This document shows, one piece after another, positions 1-14,558 of a stretch of DNA of 64,000 nt. Under the pieces are notes generated by a model. That model was not told the DNA's origin and searched no databases. It saw only the letters and a list, made by a program, of their open reading frames with translations. The translations under genes and the position numbers were made by a program. The stretch is from Octopus vulgaris (Eukaryota). The DNA lies in contig OX597830.1 of assembly GCA_951406725.2 (NCBI GenBank), forward strand, positions 39,060,001 to 39,124,000, read 5' to 3'. Each line of letters begins with the position of its first letter. Positions within the stretch are counted from its first letter, which is position 1.

Positions 1-150
1 TTTCAAGTCACGTTTTGGCTGCTATTTCCAACGTGGCGGTATCTCATAGATACCCTTAATTATAATTTTAATAATAATTATTACTTTTGAAGGTTTCTAT
101 TCCCATTCTAGCCATACATTGATAAGATCGATATTTAAATTAACGATCTT

Positions 151-342
<192 letters not shown>

Positions 343-740
343 CATATATGTACACACATATATGTATAGTTATACTTATATACATATGCTGTTTACTTCA
401 ATTACTTTATGCCAAAATTCATCATTGTTCTCTTATTGAGTATACATTACAATCGTAAAACAGGACCAGAAATGAAGTTAGAAAGCTTATATCTTTTTTA
501 ATGAATGATCCGATACATCTCAACAAAAGAAATCTATATTCATATCAATAAATGCAAGAGAAAAAAATTGAGTTCTGAATAATTATTTGAAAATCATCTG
601 AAAATATATTATCCGCGTTGCGTGTTATTGTCGTTTTCATCTGAAATTGTATGCAATATTTACACGGAAATTTTCTAGATTAATATATCCAGATGAAAGA
701 GAATCTCAAATGCTACAAGTAGAAATAAACTTTTTCAGGC

Positions 741-805
<65 letters not shown>

Positions 806-1689
806 CATACATATATACATACATATATATAGTGACTAGTGTGCCAATAATAGACATTCACACACATATGTACGCAAAACGAGGCAAGAAGACACACACA
901 CATTTATATATATATATATTTATATTGGTTTAATATACATTAATTTCCGACACAAATATTGATAAAAGTTTTAAATTATAGAAAAGTGTATGTTTGTGTC
1001 TATGAGTGTGTGTGTGTGTGCGTGTGTGTGTTCACGCCCGCTTGTGTGTGTGTGTGTGTGTGTCTTTGTGTACGTCTTTGATGCTTGTGGTACGAACTCT
1101 TTGTGTATGCTTTTGTAATTTGTCGTTTTGGTAAAAAAAAAAAACCCATAGAATTAGTACCAGAATAAAAATATAGGTACAGTGGTTGTTTGTTTGTCTC
1201 TGTCAGACCCTAGTATGCCTGAAGTTCAATGAGTCTATCAAGTAAAATTATAAAGTCATATATGTACGGATGTACGTACGCATGTATCTGTGTAATTATA
1301 ATGGCTTTCTTTCCACGACATTCTTATCTCCATCCTCATTACAGTGAGTGGAGAACCATAAACTTACGCATCGTCTCGACAAATTTCTGAATGCGGCTGT
1401 AGTCTTCTTCTTCCAATCAGGACTCACGCCATTAGCCACAAAGAATAATCTCTAATTCGAGCCAACTCTAAGCTACTAAGAATGCGTGTGGCAACTTGAA
1501 TATCCACCCACCACAGGCGATAGACTGGCAATTGCACGGGTGCGAAAGCTACGTTGTTATCCTCATTCCGTAAACGGTGGCTTTTAACGGGTGAAGAGCT
1601 GAACCATGCTGGGGTACAGAGGATTCGCAATCTAGACTAGGGTCTGAAAGTTTATCACACCATAGTGGGTTACACCATGGTTCTTCTGC

Positions 1690-1882
1690 TTTGGGACAGA
1701 AGCAGGAAGAAAGAGCGAGAGAAAGTTTTGATGGAAGAGTACAGTGGGATTCAACACCATCCCTCGCTAGAGCCTTGTGGAGCTTAGGTGTTTTTGCTCA
1801 ATAAACACTCACAATGCCCGGTCTGGGAATCGAAACCGCGTTCTTACGACCGCGAGTCCGCTGCCCTAACCACTGGGCCATT
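1690..1882 (-). mobile_element. tRNA-derived SINE head (family 'R'), followed 3' by an unrelated ~350-bp GC-richer segment (1340-1690)
   Basis: Reverse strand CAATGGCCCAGTGGTTAGGGCAGCGGACTCGCGG...GGTTTCGATTCCC gives A and B boxes. The same head occurs at 33374-33518, 49070-49262 and 49649-49840. Confidence 0.85.
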
Positions 1883-2210
1883 GTTGTTGTACATTCGGTC
1901 TGACGTTCTCCAGTCCCGTATCCAATATCGGCCTGTATTTCACTCTCAACCTCTCTCCTTTCCAATTGTCTCTTTCGATGTCGGCTCTGATATTTTATAC
2001 TCTTCCTCGCAGTTGCTCAGAATTTTCTTTCACTCCTCATTTTCTCAATTATTGAATCATTTGCTCGACATTCTGTTCACTTAACCTTTGCTACTCGTCG
2101 GCAGCAGGTTGTATGCATGCATATGTATGTATGCTTGTATGTGTTTGTGTATGAATGTATGTATGTAGTTAGATTGGTAGATATCTAATACTTGTAAATG
2201 TGTGTGAAGA

Positions 2211-2320
2211 TGGGTGGCTTAGTGTTTAGTGCGATGATCTCGTAATCTTAGGATTGTGGTTTAACTGTGATCCTAAGCAAGACACTTCATCTCACGTTGC
2301 TCCAGTTCACTCCGCTGACA
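2211..2320 (+). mobile_element. Degenerate CORE-type SINE head
   Basis: GTGGCTTAGTG...GATCCTAAGCAAGACACTTCATCTCACGTTGCTCCAG resembles the head of the 34398-34719 copy. Confidence 0.6.
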
Positions 2321-2867
2321 TATCAAATAACATCCAAAGGTCAAAAGACTGCAATGAACATTGTATCTTTGGCATAATTACTGCACCGTATTGATCGTTG
2401 GTTAAACAGTTATATGGATTCTGCGATACTTCTGATTATTGCCACTATGATAAATAGAGTAATTTTAATTTCGATATAAGAATACGTCAAAATAGCATCG
2501 ATTTATTTCCACGTTTGACTAAATACAAAGGTCAAAACCCTGGAATGAACTCTAATTTTTAATTTCACATTCTCAAAACATTAATATCTAAATAAAACCA
2601 ACACATAAACCAAAACTATAATCTTTTGTGTACGTCAAAGACCAGATCACACTCCTAAAATTACAAACCTAATTACAAAAGTCTATATGCATGAATAAAT
2701 TTTAACAATTAGCACATTCCCAGATTTGATCAATAGAAAGTTTACAAATTATCTGGCCAGCGCAACCTACCACACAGCAAGATTATCATTCACCAGAACC
2801 CAGGTTATCCGAGAAAAGTTTTAAGCTAACAGGGACTATATAAAGCCCAGATAAACTTAGTTAAATT

Positions 2868-2921
2868 ATAGTATGATGATGGCTTAGCTGGCAGAAACCT
2901 CGTGGTTATCGTCAGTACTAT
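2868..2921 (+). ncRNA. Degenerate type I hammerhead ribozyme, probably in a decayed Penelope-like 3' end (~2540-3010)
   Basis: ATAGTA-TGATGA-TGGCTTAGCTGGCA-GAAA-CCTCGTGGTTATC-GTC-AGTACTAT. Stem I is ATAGTA/TACTAT, the CUGAUGA core lacks its C, and GAAA and a GUC cleavage triplet are present. Confidence 0.55.
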
Positions 2922-3094
2922 TCTTCTTAAGCTACAATTAATTTGTTCTGTACCAAATGTATTGAGTAATCCTTCAGTTTGATGTAAGACTGCTTTCATT
3001 ATAACATAAACAACATTATATATGTGTGTGTGTATGTATGTGTATAGATTGATATATATACATATACATATACATACACGCACACAAACGCACG

Positions 3095-3126
<32 letters not shown>

Positions 3127-4265
3127 GATATAACGTTTAAACCGGCATTTTTTTTTACTTTGTGCCTTAATAATAGACACTGATTGCTGAAAGGCGTGAG
3201 AGACGGTTAATTCTAATTTTCGCATTCAGTATTAAAGGTCTACATAATTAGCTTTCATAAGGGTAAACCACCGATGATATTGTTAAGAACATTGTATCCT
3301 TTGGAATAAGTAGGAAGCCTTTGTACTTTTGCCAAAGCAGAATGCATTTGCCAATTGATAAGTGATATGATGATAGTTCGTTAGTCAAATACGACGATGA
3401 TATTGCAACTGCCAAAGATAAATATATAAAGGAAGAGGGAAAGATATAAGGAACGAAACAGTTTCGTCAATTCGCGATCAATGAAGACGATAACTTCATC
3501 TGTACGTTACTTCAACAGCAGATGCATCCTTGCATATAAGTAGAAAATCACAAATTCACTCGCCTAAAATCACAAAATCCTTCCGCCTAAAGCGACTGCG
3601 GAGGTATTTCATCATTGCAAGTGTGTTACATCTCTCACTTCTACAGTCAAAGGTCCATCAACTACGTCTTTAAGAAGACTCAACCATCAATAATCAATGA
3701 AGATCTTGAAAATCTATGCCTCAGTTCCACAAGTGATATAACCAGTACGCCACTGCTTGCAACCTTGAAATTCCAGACTCGATAAATTTAAATTACATCG
3801 GATATCATTTTGTGCCGGTTAGTGTTTCTCATTTTTAAAAAGCAAAAAGTAGTATTTTTTTCCAGACAGCTGTGCTTCACATTCTCGGTCACATAAAAAG
3901 CTTTAAATAGAAATATGAAAATTCCACTGGGCTATTATCAGAATGCAGAGAGATTAGTAAATTGGCAAGAGCTAGATCCACACCACGCAGTACCAATTAA
4001 TTATTTTAATAACAAAGCTATAAAACAACATTCCAGATGTTCGTCTTGCGGCATGGCATCAAGCCATGGAAAACGGTATGTTGCTGCCACAACAATTTAC
4101 CCCTATGGACTACTTCCACCAATTTCCTACATAAATGTATATATTCTATATGCAAAAGTCTGGTATTCTTTTCCATATATATAATACACACACGGACACA
4201 CATACACGGGCACACACACACACACGCGCACACACACACACGCACACACACACACACACAGACAG

Positions 4266-4299
<34 letters not shown>

Positions 4300-4532
4300 T
4301 AATTAATAATAAAATATTAGGGAATAAATCCAAACTTACAGGGAAAAATCAGATTTAGGATTAAATCCATTTTTATAGTATAAATATATTATATTATATT
4401 ATATTAAATAAAACCACTATTAGGCAAATCAAACAGTGAAAAACATAAGCCCATACATAAAATTAATTTAATTTATATTATTTTAAATATATATCAAAAG
4501 TATTAAAAGTTTAATAAAAGATAAAGATAGAT

Positions 4533-4586
<54 letters not shown>

Positions 4587-4629
4587 CACATATATATATA
4601 TATATACATACACATATATATATATATAT
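4533..4629. repeat. (TA)n microsatellite
   Basis: Directly visible. Confidence 0.95.
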
Positions 4630-4774
4630 CCAAAGAAGCATATATACGACCTCACATTCTATTAGTAAAATGATTTACAAGAATTATCATTTTTCAATTT
4701 AACTTAATAAACCAAATATAAGTTTGTAACACTTGAAGATAACTAATTCATCACTCACAATACCACCATATCTA

Positions 4775-5068
4775 CAGGCTGAATGATGGCAGTCTCTCGT
4801 AGTTTGAGAAAGACGGTTCTGCAATTTCTTTCTGAACAATCTGTCCAGATGTTTTGTTTATAGTGATCAAATGTTTGTGCGGTGCATTTGCTCACTCCTT
4901 CTATGAAGTCAACGTTGTCAGAGTAGGCGCAAGGTGTACCACACGTCACGGTGTTGGGGTGATAGCAAATTGTGATGAAGGATTTAGCTGAAGAACACAA
5001 CGCACGACCGATCCAGGGATTGAAACTACGTTCTCGCGATCATGATTGTAATTCTCTAACTACGAGTC
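4775..5068 (-). mobile_element. Old tRNA-derived SINE with an RTE-like 3' tail
   Basis: Reverse strand has a degenerate A/B-box head (GTTTCAATCCC) at the 5068 end. The 3' end (forward GGCAGTCTCTCGTAGTTTGAGAAAGACGG) resembles RTE LINE tails. Confidence 0.5.
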
Positions 5069-5435
5069 TATGTATACCAATAAAGACCTGAATACGTCCT
5101 ACAAAAAAAAAACCCTATTGACAGAAATACTGACTGAACCATTTGAAGATTGGACGTCCGAATCCGGATTACATATCACGATTCACAGTAACACGACATT
5201 CTGCCGAGTTAGCTACCATCATTATTATTGTCATATCATCATCGTCGTCGTCATCATCATCATTATCATCATCATCATCATCGTGTCGTCATCGTCGTCG
5301 TTGTCGTCGACATCATCATCATCATCATCAACATCATCTTCGTCTTCCTTTTTCTTCGATTTGCGCAACCAGCCACTGGTTTGAGACACGCCAACTGATG
5401 CTTTACCGCTAATTAACCTTGTCCTCCATTACACG

Positions 5436-6786
5436 CACAGGACTTGTAAAATGTTCGTTGTTCTCCTTCAATTAAGCATTGAGGGAATGTTTTCGAGAGG
5501 CAGTTTTGAGAGATGTATGCCAGGTGAGCTTTTGACGATTCACTATAGCAAGTAGTTACTGCATGCTAGCATATTTGGCGACTTGCAACTTCTCTCTATC
5601 GTTTCCACATGTCCTCTACAGACGAGATTCAGGGCAGCTTTTGTAACTCTGATACTTAATGTCTGGATTCTTTACTACCCGTATTTTATGCAAATATTCA
5701 GCTGTCGCCTCTGAGCAAAGAAATTGAAATCAAGAAAGACATGTATAGTTTGGGTTTTATATAAAAGGCATTCATCTGTCAACATTTCCCATATGGCGTA
5801 CAACTTTACAGCTTCTTCACGGCGGTTGTTACCAGGTCCAATCTTTCATTTTAGTTCGATATTGATGTGTAAAATTGCTCAAAATGAGAGATGTTTAAAG
5901 TTGTCCACTCATGCAGTTGTCTATACAGTTTGATCCCTTCTCCTTTCATTCGACTGCCACTCAGTGCTCAGCTGACATCGCTCTTTCAACTCTCACCATG
6001 AGTTCTTAGAGTCTGTTTCCCTGCCACCCTTTATGTCAATATAATCAACAAAACACCGTCCGTTATAGAAATGGAAGTGCAACTTCTTTCTGTGTCTTTC
6101 GCATTATGTTTTCACCAAAAAGTGGAAATCAATAAAGAGAAATTACAACCTTGATGAACTCCGTCCGTTGTTCTAAAAATATTCAAAAGAATTGCCGAGT
6201 TGCAATTCCGTAGACAATTTAAATTTCTTGGATGAGTTGCAATTCTGTAGACAATTTAAATTTCTTGGATGATGTTGCATTCAAAATTGATATCGGAGAC
6301 CAGTTACCAAAAAAAAAAAGAAGAAAAAGACACTCATTCCAAACACACTCAAAGTTTTTATTTAATGTGAATTAAGTTTCGTTATATATCGTATTTGTTC
6401 ATCTAAGGCACATTAACTGCTCTGATGTACACATTCGTTTTTGGGAATATTATCTGCTACTCTGTATAAGGTTTCTTCCACATTTTTAGTACACTCATCA
6501 GTGATTTACAGGCATGAATTTATGGATATCTAATTCTAGAGATGTGTATCATTAATATTGTTTATTAATTACTCCATGAGACTAAATTATTGAAAATCTC
6601 CTTAAGAGTGGAAAAACGTCCAAAAGTTTAGATTGCTTACTTCTAACGGCAACAAAGATCTCCCATCTATGAACTCTTTTATAGACTCTACTAAAATTTA
6701 TAAAACTGGTCGAGGTCCATGTATGACAAATATGGACCTCGATCAGCCAATAGTAACTATTTAGGAAGTACTTTCAGGGCCCTGTG
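5436..6786 (-). mobile_element. Putative decayed DNA transposon with CAC terminus (Chapaev/Transib-like?)
   Basis: Reverse strand begins CACAGGGCCCTGAAAGTAC at 6786. Subterminal hairpin GGTCGAGGTCCAT...ATGGACCTCGATC. Weak CACAGG match at 5436; no TSD; reading frames broken. Confidence 0.3.
6197..6270. repeat. 37-bp tandem duplication
   Basis: GAGTTGCAATTC(C/T)GTAGACAATTTAAATTTCTTGGAT x2. Confidence 0.95.
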
Positions 6787-7439
6787 TATTTTATAGTACA
6801 TGTTGAATTAATACTGTGTAGAACTACGTAACTTATCAAGAATCAGATCGTTAAGACTAAAGCATATTCGAACTCACAGGCACAGACATATTTCCTGATG
6901 TATTATCCGTGTTAGCCATGTGACTGCTGTGCAGTTATGAGAATATTTCTTTATATATTATAGTCATAAACCTGACGCCTACAGAAATTACTTTGAGAGA
7001 TTGATGCTCTTATTCATTATTGCTGTGGCAAACATCGACACAGAGAGATAAAGGTGGTGGATAGCGTAAGGATAAGGTGATATGAAGTACAATAAGAAAT
7101 GGCTAGAAGTTACAATACAAAGAAACTGAACAATGGATTTTATTAAGATTAAAACGACTCGTACTATAATACTGTGATATCAGAAAACTGATGCATTCAT
7201 TGCATATTTGTGTCCTTTAGGTACCGGCGTCATTTTGCACAAAATGTTGTATTATGCAACAGTAACCATGCTGTCTTGCAATGCACAATATTCTATTTCT
7301 TCTTTTTACTCTTTGACAATCAGAACATTTGATCATGTATTTCTGCGTTCATTTACTTTTTGTCCTTTTTTCTCAGTTATAATGAACGACGTTTTATATA
7401 TCTAATCGCCAAACGAATTGGTATTAATAAAAGCACCGA

Positions 7440-7620
7440 TAACATCGCAAGTCAATTATCTTTCTGTTGGTAGCGTATCGGAAATGCAATATCTTTAATG
7501 CAATATTCTTTTAGGAATTTCGACAACAAAGAGTCGCCTTACTTATTAAACACGCATGTCTTCGGTCATGGCCGTTTGTATTTTCATGTGATTTATATTT
7601 ACGACTCCAAACGATTGATG
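7440..7620 (+). mobile_element. Possible Helitron helicase C-terminal relic
   Basis: Translates to LNTHVFGHGRLYF, resembling the Helitron/Pif1 motif VFSHGQLYVA; heavily decayed. Confidence 0.3.
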
Positions 7621-8654
7621 TAGCCAATCCACAAATTGAATTCAAAGCCTCGTCTCCATGTAACTGAGCCAACTCTATCAATCTATCAATCTGTCTGTGA
7701 ATCGTATAACGATAAACAAAAAGGAAGACATTTGATCAATAAGTTTAAGTATAAGATTATGAGATCGTCTTCCTCGTTCGGAACCCTATTAGATATCAAA
7801 AAATATTGCTAAGCTATTTCTAACAGATGAAAATATTTTCTGTATTTTAAATCTGAAGGAAACACTATAAAAACTATTTGGTTAAATAAACAAGTTGTCC
7901 TTTCGAAGAAGATTCGTTTCTAACTTAATATATATTGCTACTGCATGGAGTCTTTATTATTCAAGTATTTGATATGTGGAATGGAGTTTTGTTTCTAGCA
8001 GAGGAAGTATGAAATGCATGTAAGAGACTGCCTGATAATATACAATAATTAGTTTAAGAAAATGTTTTAAATGTTTTAAAATTTTTTTACTGACCAGATA
8101 TATATTTTAGCATCTCGGGACTATGGCGCTAAATGAATTCATAAAGCCATTTTTATAGAATAACTGCATTGCAATACACAATTTAGATGCAAGGGTTTAA
8201 AGTTCAACTCTTCCTTTAGATGAGAGTTGTTTTTGTTTTTCATTGTTTTAATGATATTATTTTGTCAGAATTATTAGATAGTGAAGCAGAAGTCGAGCAG
8301 TATTTAATAACAATTCCTCTTTCTTAAGTTCATATCGTCTTGAGGTTAAACTTCACGAGTATTCTGACAGAAATAAAAAAAAAGCACAAATCATGTTTTC
8401 GGTCAACTTACATTAATTTACAGGTGGTACCCGGATTTGAGCAATTATTCCAAATTCCTTAAGAGGTTTGTTTAGCAGTCATCTGAGCAGAATTTTGGAA
8501 AGTTGCTATTCACCTGTAAACTCACGACCTTCACACTCAAGTCGCCTGGGTGCAGAGTTTCGGTTAGCGACTTCCGGTTTTTCCAACCTGCCAAATATGT
8601 TTATATATTCCCAAAGGGCTGTTCCTTCTCACGGAAAACGACCTTTTGTTATAT

Positions 8655-8797
8655 TAATCTTTTCTACTCTAGGCACAAGGCCCGAAATTTTGGGGCAAGG
8701 GTGGTCAGTCGATTAGATCGACCCCAGTACACAACTGGTACTTACTTTATCAACCCCGAAAAGATGAAAGACAAAATTGATCTCGGCGGAATTTGAA
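8655..8797 (-). mobile_element. Family 'M' SINE, 3' part
   Basis: Matches the body and tail of the full copy at 38775-38990. Confidence 0.8.
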
Positions 8798-9968
8798 TAT
8801 TGTGTAACGTTAATAAATATCTGACGTAGAAGAAATTCGATATTAGCTATCTGGAATCGAAACTTCAATCCACTCAGTGCCTTTGCAAAAAACAGCGAAA
8901 TTAAATTAAATGTAATTTAATTTATTTGGCAACCTACAAAATGTATTCGACTTTAATATTACTGCAGCCTATTGATTGATGGTTAAATGGTTATATGGCT
9001 TCCGCGATTCTTCTGATTATTGCCACTATGATAAATAGATTAATTCTAATCACTTATTTTTCGATATAAGCATACATCAGAATAGCATCGATTCATTTTC
9101 ACATTGTTTTCTTTGAAAATGGAATTTTAAGTTTTGATGTAATTTGAAAGATATACTTCAAAAAATCGAATCAGCTTTTGAAAAACGGAAGTGAAATTGG
9201 AATACGTGCTCAGAATGAGAAAACCATCCATTATTTCATTATTTCTTTTTTTTTACACATTTCTAGTTAAACATTCTTTTAATATTTTCCAGTTTAATTT
9301 GTTAAGAATTCTTATTTTTATATATCTAAACAAGGAATATAATCCAATATCGCTCCCGTATTAAATTGGGTATATGCTTTTATTACTTTATTTAAAGAAA
9401 TTGCCTATTACTTTTTGAATTAAATATTTTAATACCTAATATATGAATGATGGTTTTTAATTTCAAATTTCTATTTGTATGTAATGAAATACAGCAATCG
9501 GAACCTATATTATGGAACAGTACGTTAATTAGTCTCAAAATAACATTACTTTTTCAAAAAAACACCGTCGCTTTATAAATGTTTTTTTCTTCCATATATT
9601 CTTTTAATAATAGATCTTTAAACGCCTTTTCATATTTAGATTTCTTCAATCTGTTTATCACTGAGTAGTTATATAATGTGTGTGTGTGTGTGTGTGTGTG
9701 TGTGCTATCGTTGTATCACTGATATACAATTTAACGTAATGTTCACAATATATTTCATTGATTTAGAAGACATATCTTCAAATATTCACATGAATATAAG
9801 CACTAGATAAATACATACATATTTTATTACATTGAAAGTCATTTTTGATTTATTTAAATATTTCCTGTAAGAACTATGCTATTGAATCTAATATTTCACA
9901 AAATGTATATTTTATCATTGTATTCGTCTGCCGAGAAGTTTCATATATATGACTGTACATATATATGC

Positions 9969-10019
<51 letters not shown>

Positions 10020-10770
10020 CGTGTGTGTGTGTGTGTATGCATATACATCTTATATCACGATAAAAATTGGAAAGAAATGCTTCTAAAACCTAACATTTAT
10101 ACGAGAACTATAATAATATCTATGCGTATATTTCGATAATTTTATTGAAAATGATTCCATTCTTGATACAACTATCTTTCGGAAACATATTGTTTATTGA
10201 TCTTATTTGCATGAAGTCTGCGATAAAAGTACGAGTTGTAAAATATATTAATATTTCGTATACTACATTGTTTTGGTAGTAGTAGCTAAGTAAATAGCTG
10301 GGGCGATAATGGTAATATTCTGAGATTGATGTATTTCTAAATCATTGTTAGATTTTGGAAAAGTTAAATATATTTAAGCATCCATCAATATTGTGGGAAA
10401 CAGTTGATACACAAAGAGAATACGTTACAACATAAGTATTTTAAGTGGAGTATTTTACATAATCTTCTTTCTGCGATTTGAAGTCAAATACCACCGAGGT
10501 TAAACATTCATCCTTTATAAAGTAAAGTACCAGTGACATCAACAAAATAAAACCGTCGGAAGTAAAGTTTCATGCCCGTTCGAAGTTAGAGATTTATTTA
10601 TCGCCATCAATATAACCCTAAGTTACTCTCAAGACAAATAAAATAGTTCTCAGATTTTTTCTTTTTTTTTTGTTGACATGTCACATTCAGAAAAAAAAAA
10701 CGTCTCTCGAATATAGACACTCCAGCTACATCTATATATGTGCATATATATACCAACCTATATATGTATA

Positions 10771-10935
10771 CAGTAATCCCTCGACTATCGCGATAGGTGA
10801 AAGTCTGCGAAGTACAAAGAGTGTTGTATTTTTTTTAATTATTTTTACAAACGCAAAACAACACCACCGAGGAATCGACGTAAGCTTAAATAATAAACTG
10901 CGATAGGTGAACCGCGATATGGCGAGGGATTACTG
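10771..10935. mobile_element. pogo/Tigger-type MITE (165 bp)
   Basis: TIRs CAGTAATCCCTCG / CGAGGGATTACTG, with TA on both sides (10769-70, 10936-37). Confidence 0.85.
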
Positions 10936-11546
10936 TATAAGAGAAAGCATGATAAAAACAATTTTACATCATTTGTTCTCTGCATGCATGTACTCTGTAT
11001 ATAATATCCAGTTATACTACTAAGTATAGTAGTAACGAAACCACTGCATTGGTAGCAGAATGAATGATAATCATCTACGCGTAGCTGTAAACTCAACAGT
11101 AGCGATTGTACATATGTGTCTATGTGTGTGTTTATATGTATGTGTGTAAGAAGCTGAATGCAGAATGGTAGTATTTTAGATGGTTTTATAAAGGCTTAAC
11201 CGGTTTCACAGATGTTTATGATTTTCAAATGTCAGCGAGTTAGAAAGACGTGGGATTATACCGAAACCATTTTGATTCTGGCTGTAGTTCGAAAACTTCT
11301 ATTGCTTTTATGGCGAGAATATGTCGCAAATTAGTACCAATATGATTGGCAGAGACTGATCACGTGATTAGACTAAGAAATTTTCTATGGTCCCTGCTAT
11401 GTTCGTACCTTAACGTAATGTGACAATATTTTTTTGTGCCAAAAGTTAAAGGTAACATGGTTATTTGAACGTATCTAATTAACAATCAAGGATCTCTAAA
11501 TTTAATCTGTCAAGTTGTAAATTGGACAAGAATTGCCTCCATGTAG

Positions 11547-11862
<316 letters not shown>

Positions 11863-12359
11863 ACACTTTTATATTTTCAAACACATAAAATATATATGTA
11901 TGAACGTATGAATGAATATAAAGGAATGTTAAGATAGGTATTCTTTGTTCTCATATCAGTTACAGTCACTCTTTTGTTGATATCGCGGTCAGAGATTTAG
12001 CAAATTAGTGACTGATTTATTGGATATTTGTGACTAACGGCACTGTTTTTCACAAAATAATATATTAAGTAAATGACTAACATTAATGTTTCCTTTTATT
12101 TGACTTTCATCTTGTATGATGTATTAATGATGATTTGAGAACTGATATTTTAAATATATTCATTGGTTATTTTGTTCTTAGTTTTTAACGTTCTAAGTTG
12201 ATCCTTTCATTATAGCTTAAAATGTTTCTAAAATGTAAGCCGTTTCAACTCTCTCTTTCTCTCTCTCTCTCTCTCTTTCATTCTCCTTCTCTCTCTCTCT
12301 CTTCACACACCCACTCTCTCTTCACACACACCCTCTCTCTCGCTTTCTCTCTCTCTCTC

Positions 12360-12395
<36 letters not shown>

Positions 12396-13169
12396 ACATG
12401 CACAGGCATAAAACTGTCTACTGTTTCGTACCCTCAATCGGTAATCGTTTCCCAGATCACTGATCCGGAATTTTTCTTACTTGGTTTTCTATATCTAGGT
12501 TTTCTATCCTACACTCCACATTGGCCATACTTCAAATATGCAAATTTGCAGTCTCCTATCCTCATATATTGTAACTTTATAATGATCCTATAAGAATTAA
12601 AAGAAAATGATAGTCAAATTTCGCGTAGAATAAATCCCAAACTCTTGAAATTGAAGGACCGTGGATAATCTAGTTGTGAAGGAAATAACAAATGATGCGT
12701 AATGTGGCTTGTTTTCGCCAGAGATATGATAAACCGGTGCTAACATTAGGCATAGCAATAGCAACAACAACAATAATAACGCCACACTTTTCACGAATAC
12801 AAATGGAAATGAAATGAGTTCGGTGATTTATACTTTTCACCATATTAAAAAAAAAATTGGTATACCTAAGTAATTTCTTCAGTAAACCCATTCTAGAATA
12901 AAATTAATTCTGACAATCATGTACATTTAATCAATCATAGACTCCATTGTGGAAAGTGTTTTGAGGGATATTCTGTCGTTATTTTGAGCAAGTTCAATAA
13001 GTAGAAGCTTGATTCTTTCAGCAATGTTTGTCGCATATAGATTTCTGTGAATATAGTAAATTAGCTGTAAGAATTGTACTACTAACCTTGACATGAACTC
13101 TAAAATATTTGGATACTCTATTTAGCACTTCAGAAACACTTTTAAACCCGTTTTTATAAATTGGTTTCA

Positions 13170-13373
13170 AAATTTGATACAAGAACACCAGGCTTTGGTG
13201 GAAGGGGCTGAGTTGATTATATTGATCCTAGTGTTCTGATACTTACTTTATTGACCCCGAGAGGATGACAGGCGAAGTCGACCTCAGTGGATTTTTAATT
13301 CAGAACGTAAAATGGGACGAAACGCTGCTAAACATTTTGCCTGGCGTGCTAACGATTCTACCAGCTCGCCGCC
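13170..13373 (-). mobile_element. Family 'M' tRNA-derived SINE
   Basis: Reverse strand GGCGGCGAGCTGGTAGAATCGTTAGCACGCC...GAGGTCGACTTCGCCTGTCATCCTCTCGGGGTCAATAAA. Confidence 0.85.
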
Positions 13374-14249
13374 TTAACTTTTTGATTTAAATTAACAAAC
13401 AGCCACGGTAGTTCTGATAGAGTTCGAAATTTTATGGGTGGATGATTATTTAAAATGTGATCAATGAATCTATTCACGCAAATACTGCTTCTGTAGTCGT
13501 TTTTATTATTCTTCTACAACCAAGGCACGCGCTGTTTGAGCTGACCAATGATCGCCGGCTGTTTTCTTATATTTACACATATACTATATATTTACAGACG
13601 TGCATTATCCAACGTGTTATCCTCACCTATTTTAAAAGCGATTGGGCGGCTGCGATCTCCAGCAGATCCAGTGACAAGTTGCCTAATTCTTTTGCACAAA
13701 TAATGAGAATTTTAATTTTTACAAAATTCAAAAAACATTATGAAAAACAATAATTCTTATCTATTCAATGTAACTTAATCACCTTCTCTCTTTTGACTAT
13801 ATCATTTAGCGAAATACAATTGTAACAATTTTTATTTCAACCAAATTTCTCAAGATAAGCTAATCGAATGACAAAGCCTTATGAATTTGTTCAGATACAC
13901 ACTAAATATTGCCGATAGCAGGATTCATAACGTAGCTATGGAATGCATTAATCAGAGATAATGACATTAAGTGGATATGCAATCTTTAAGTAAATTTGAA
14001 TATGGACACAAATCCTGCTTATCTCCCTCTCGTCCCTTTTACTATTCAAGTTCTACTCTTTCTTCAAACCTAGCGAAGCACAACAAGATCGAACTGTCAT
14101 CAATTACTTTTAAAATAATCTATTTTATTTCTATAAATCAGTGTTAACAGAAACATGACATCTAGACCTGTTTTGTTGCATTTTATGATACTGTTGATGC
14201 CTGCATGATCAAGTGGTATTTATACTATCATTTCATCGTGTGAATTACT

Positions 14250-14550
14250 ATTTTCCTCTTCTCTTGCCCGATGCTGTGTTGCTCTTCTTACACTCTTCCA
14301 TTTTGACTTCTGCAATAGTCATCTCCTGGATTTTGACTGGATATCTACAAACTTCACGAAGTATTCATTCTTCATTCAGGCCATCTGCTCGTCATCGCAC
14401 ATAGTCTCCACTCCACCCTCACTTACCACTACGCCCAGTCCTTCTTTCCAAGAGTCTGTAAGTCACACAAATTGCACATATTCCATGTTTTGAACAAGCA
14501 TCGACTTGAAACATTGAAAGAGGAACATATACGTCGCAAGCTTTTCAGTG
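14250..14550 (+). mobile_element. Old LINE RT C-terminal relic (CR1/Jockey group)
   Basis: Translates to HYAQSFFPRVCK, resembling the terminal SFFPR motif of these LINEs. Confidence 0.35.
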
Positions 14551-14558
14551 ACTATACC

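Noticed and set aside
12597-12794. ORF with a signal-peptide-like poly-Leu N-terminus
   Set aside because: GTG start, the Leu run comes from a (TTG/TTA) repeat, and there is no supporting splice or homology evidence.
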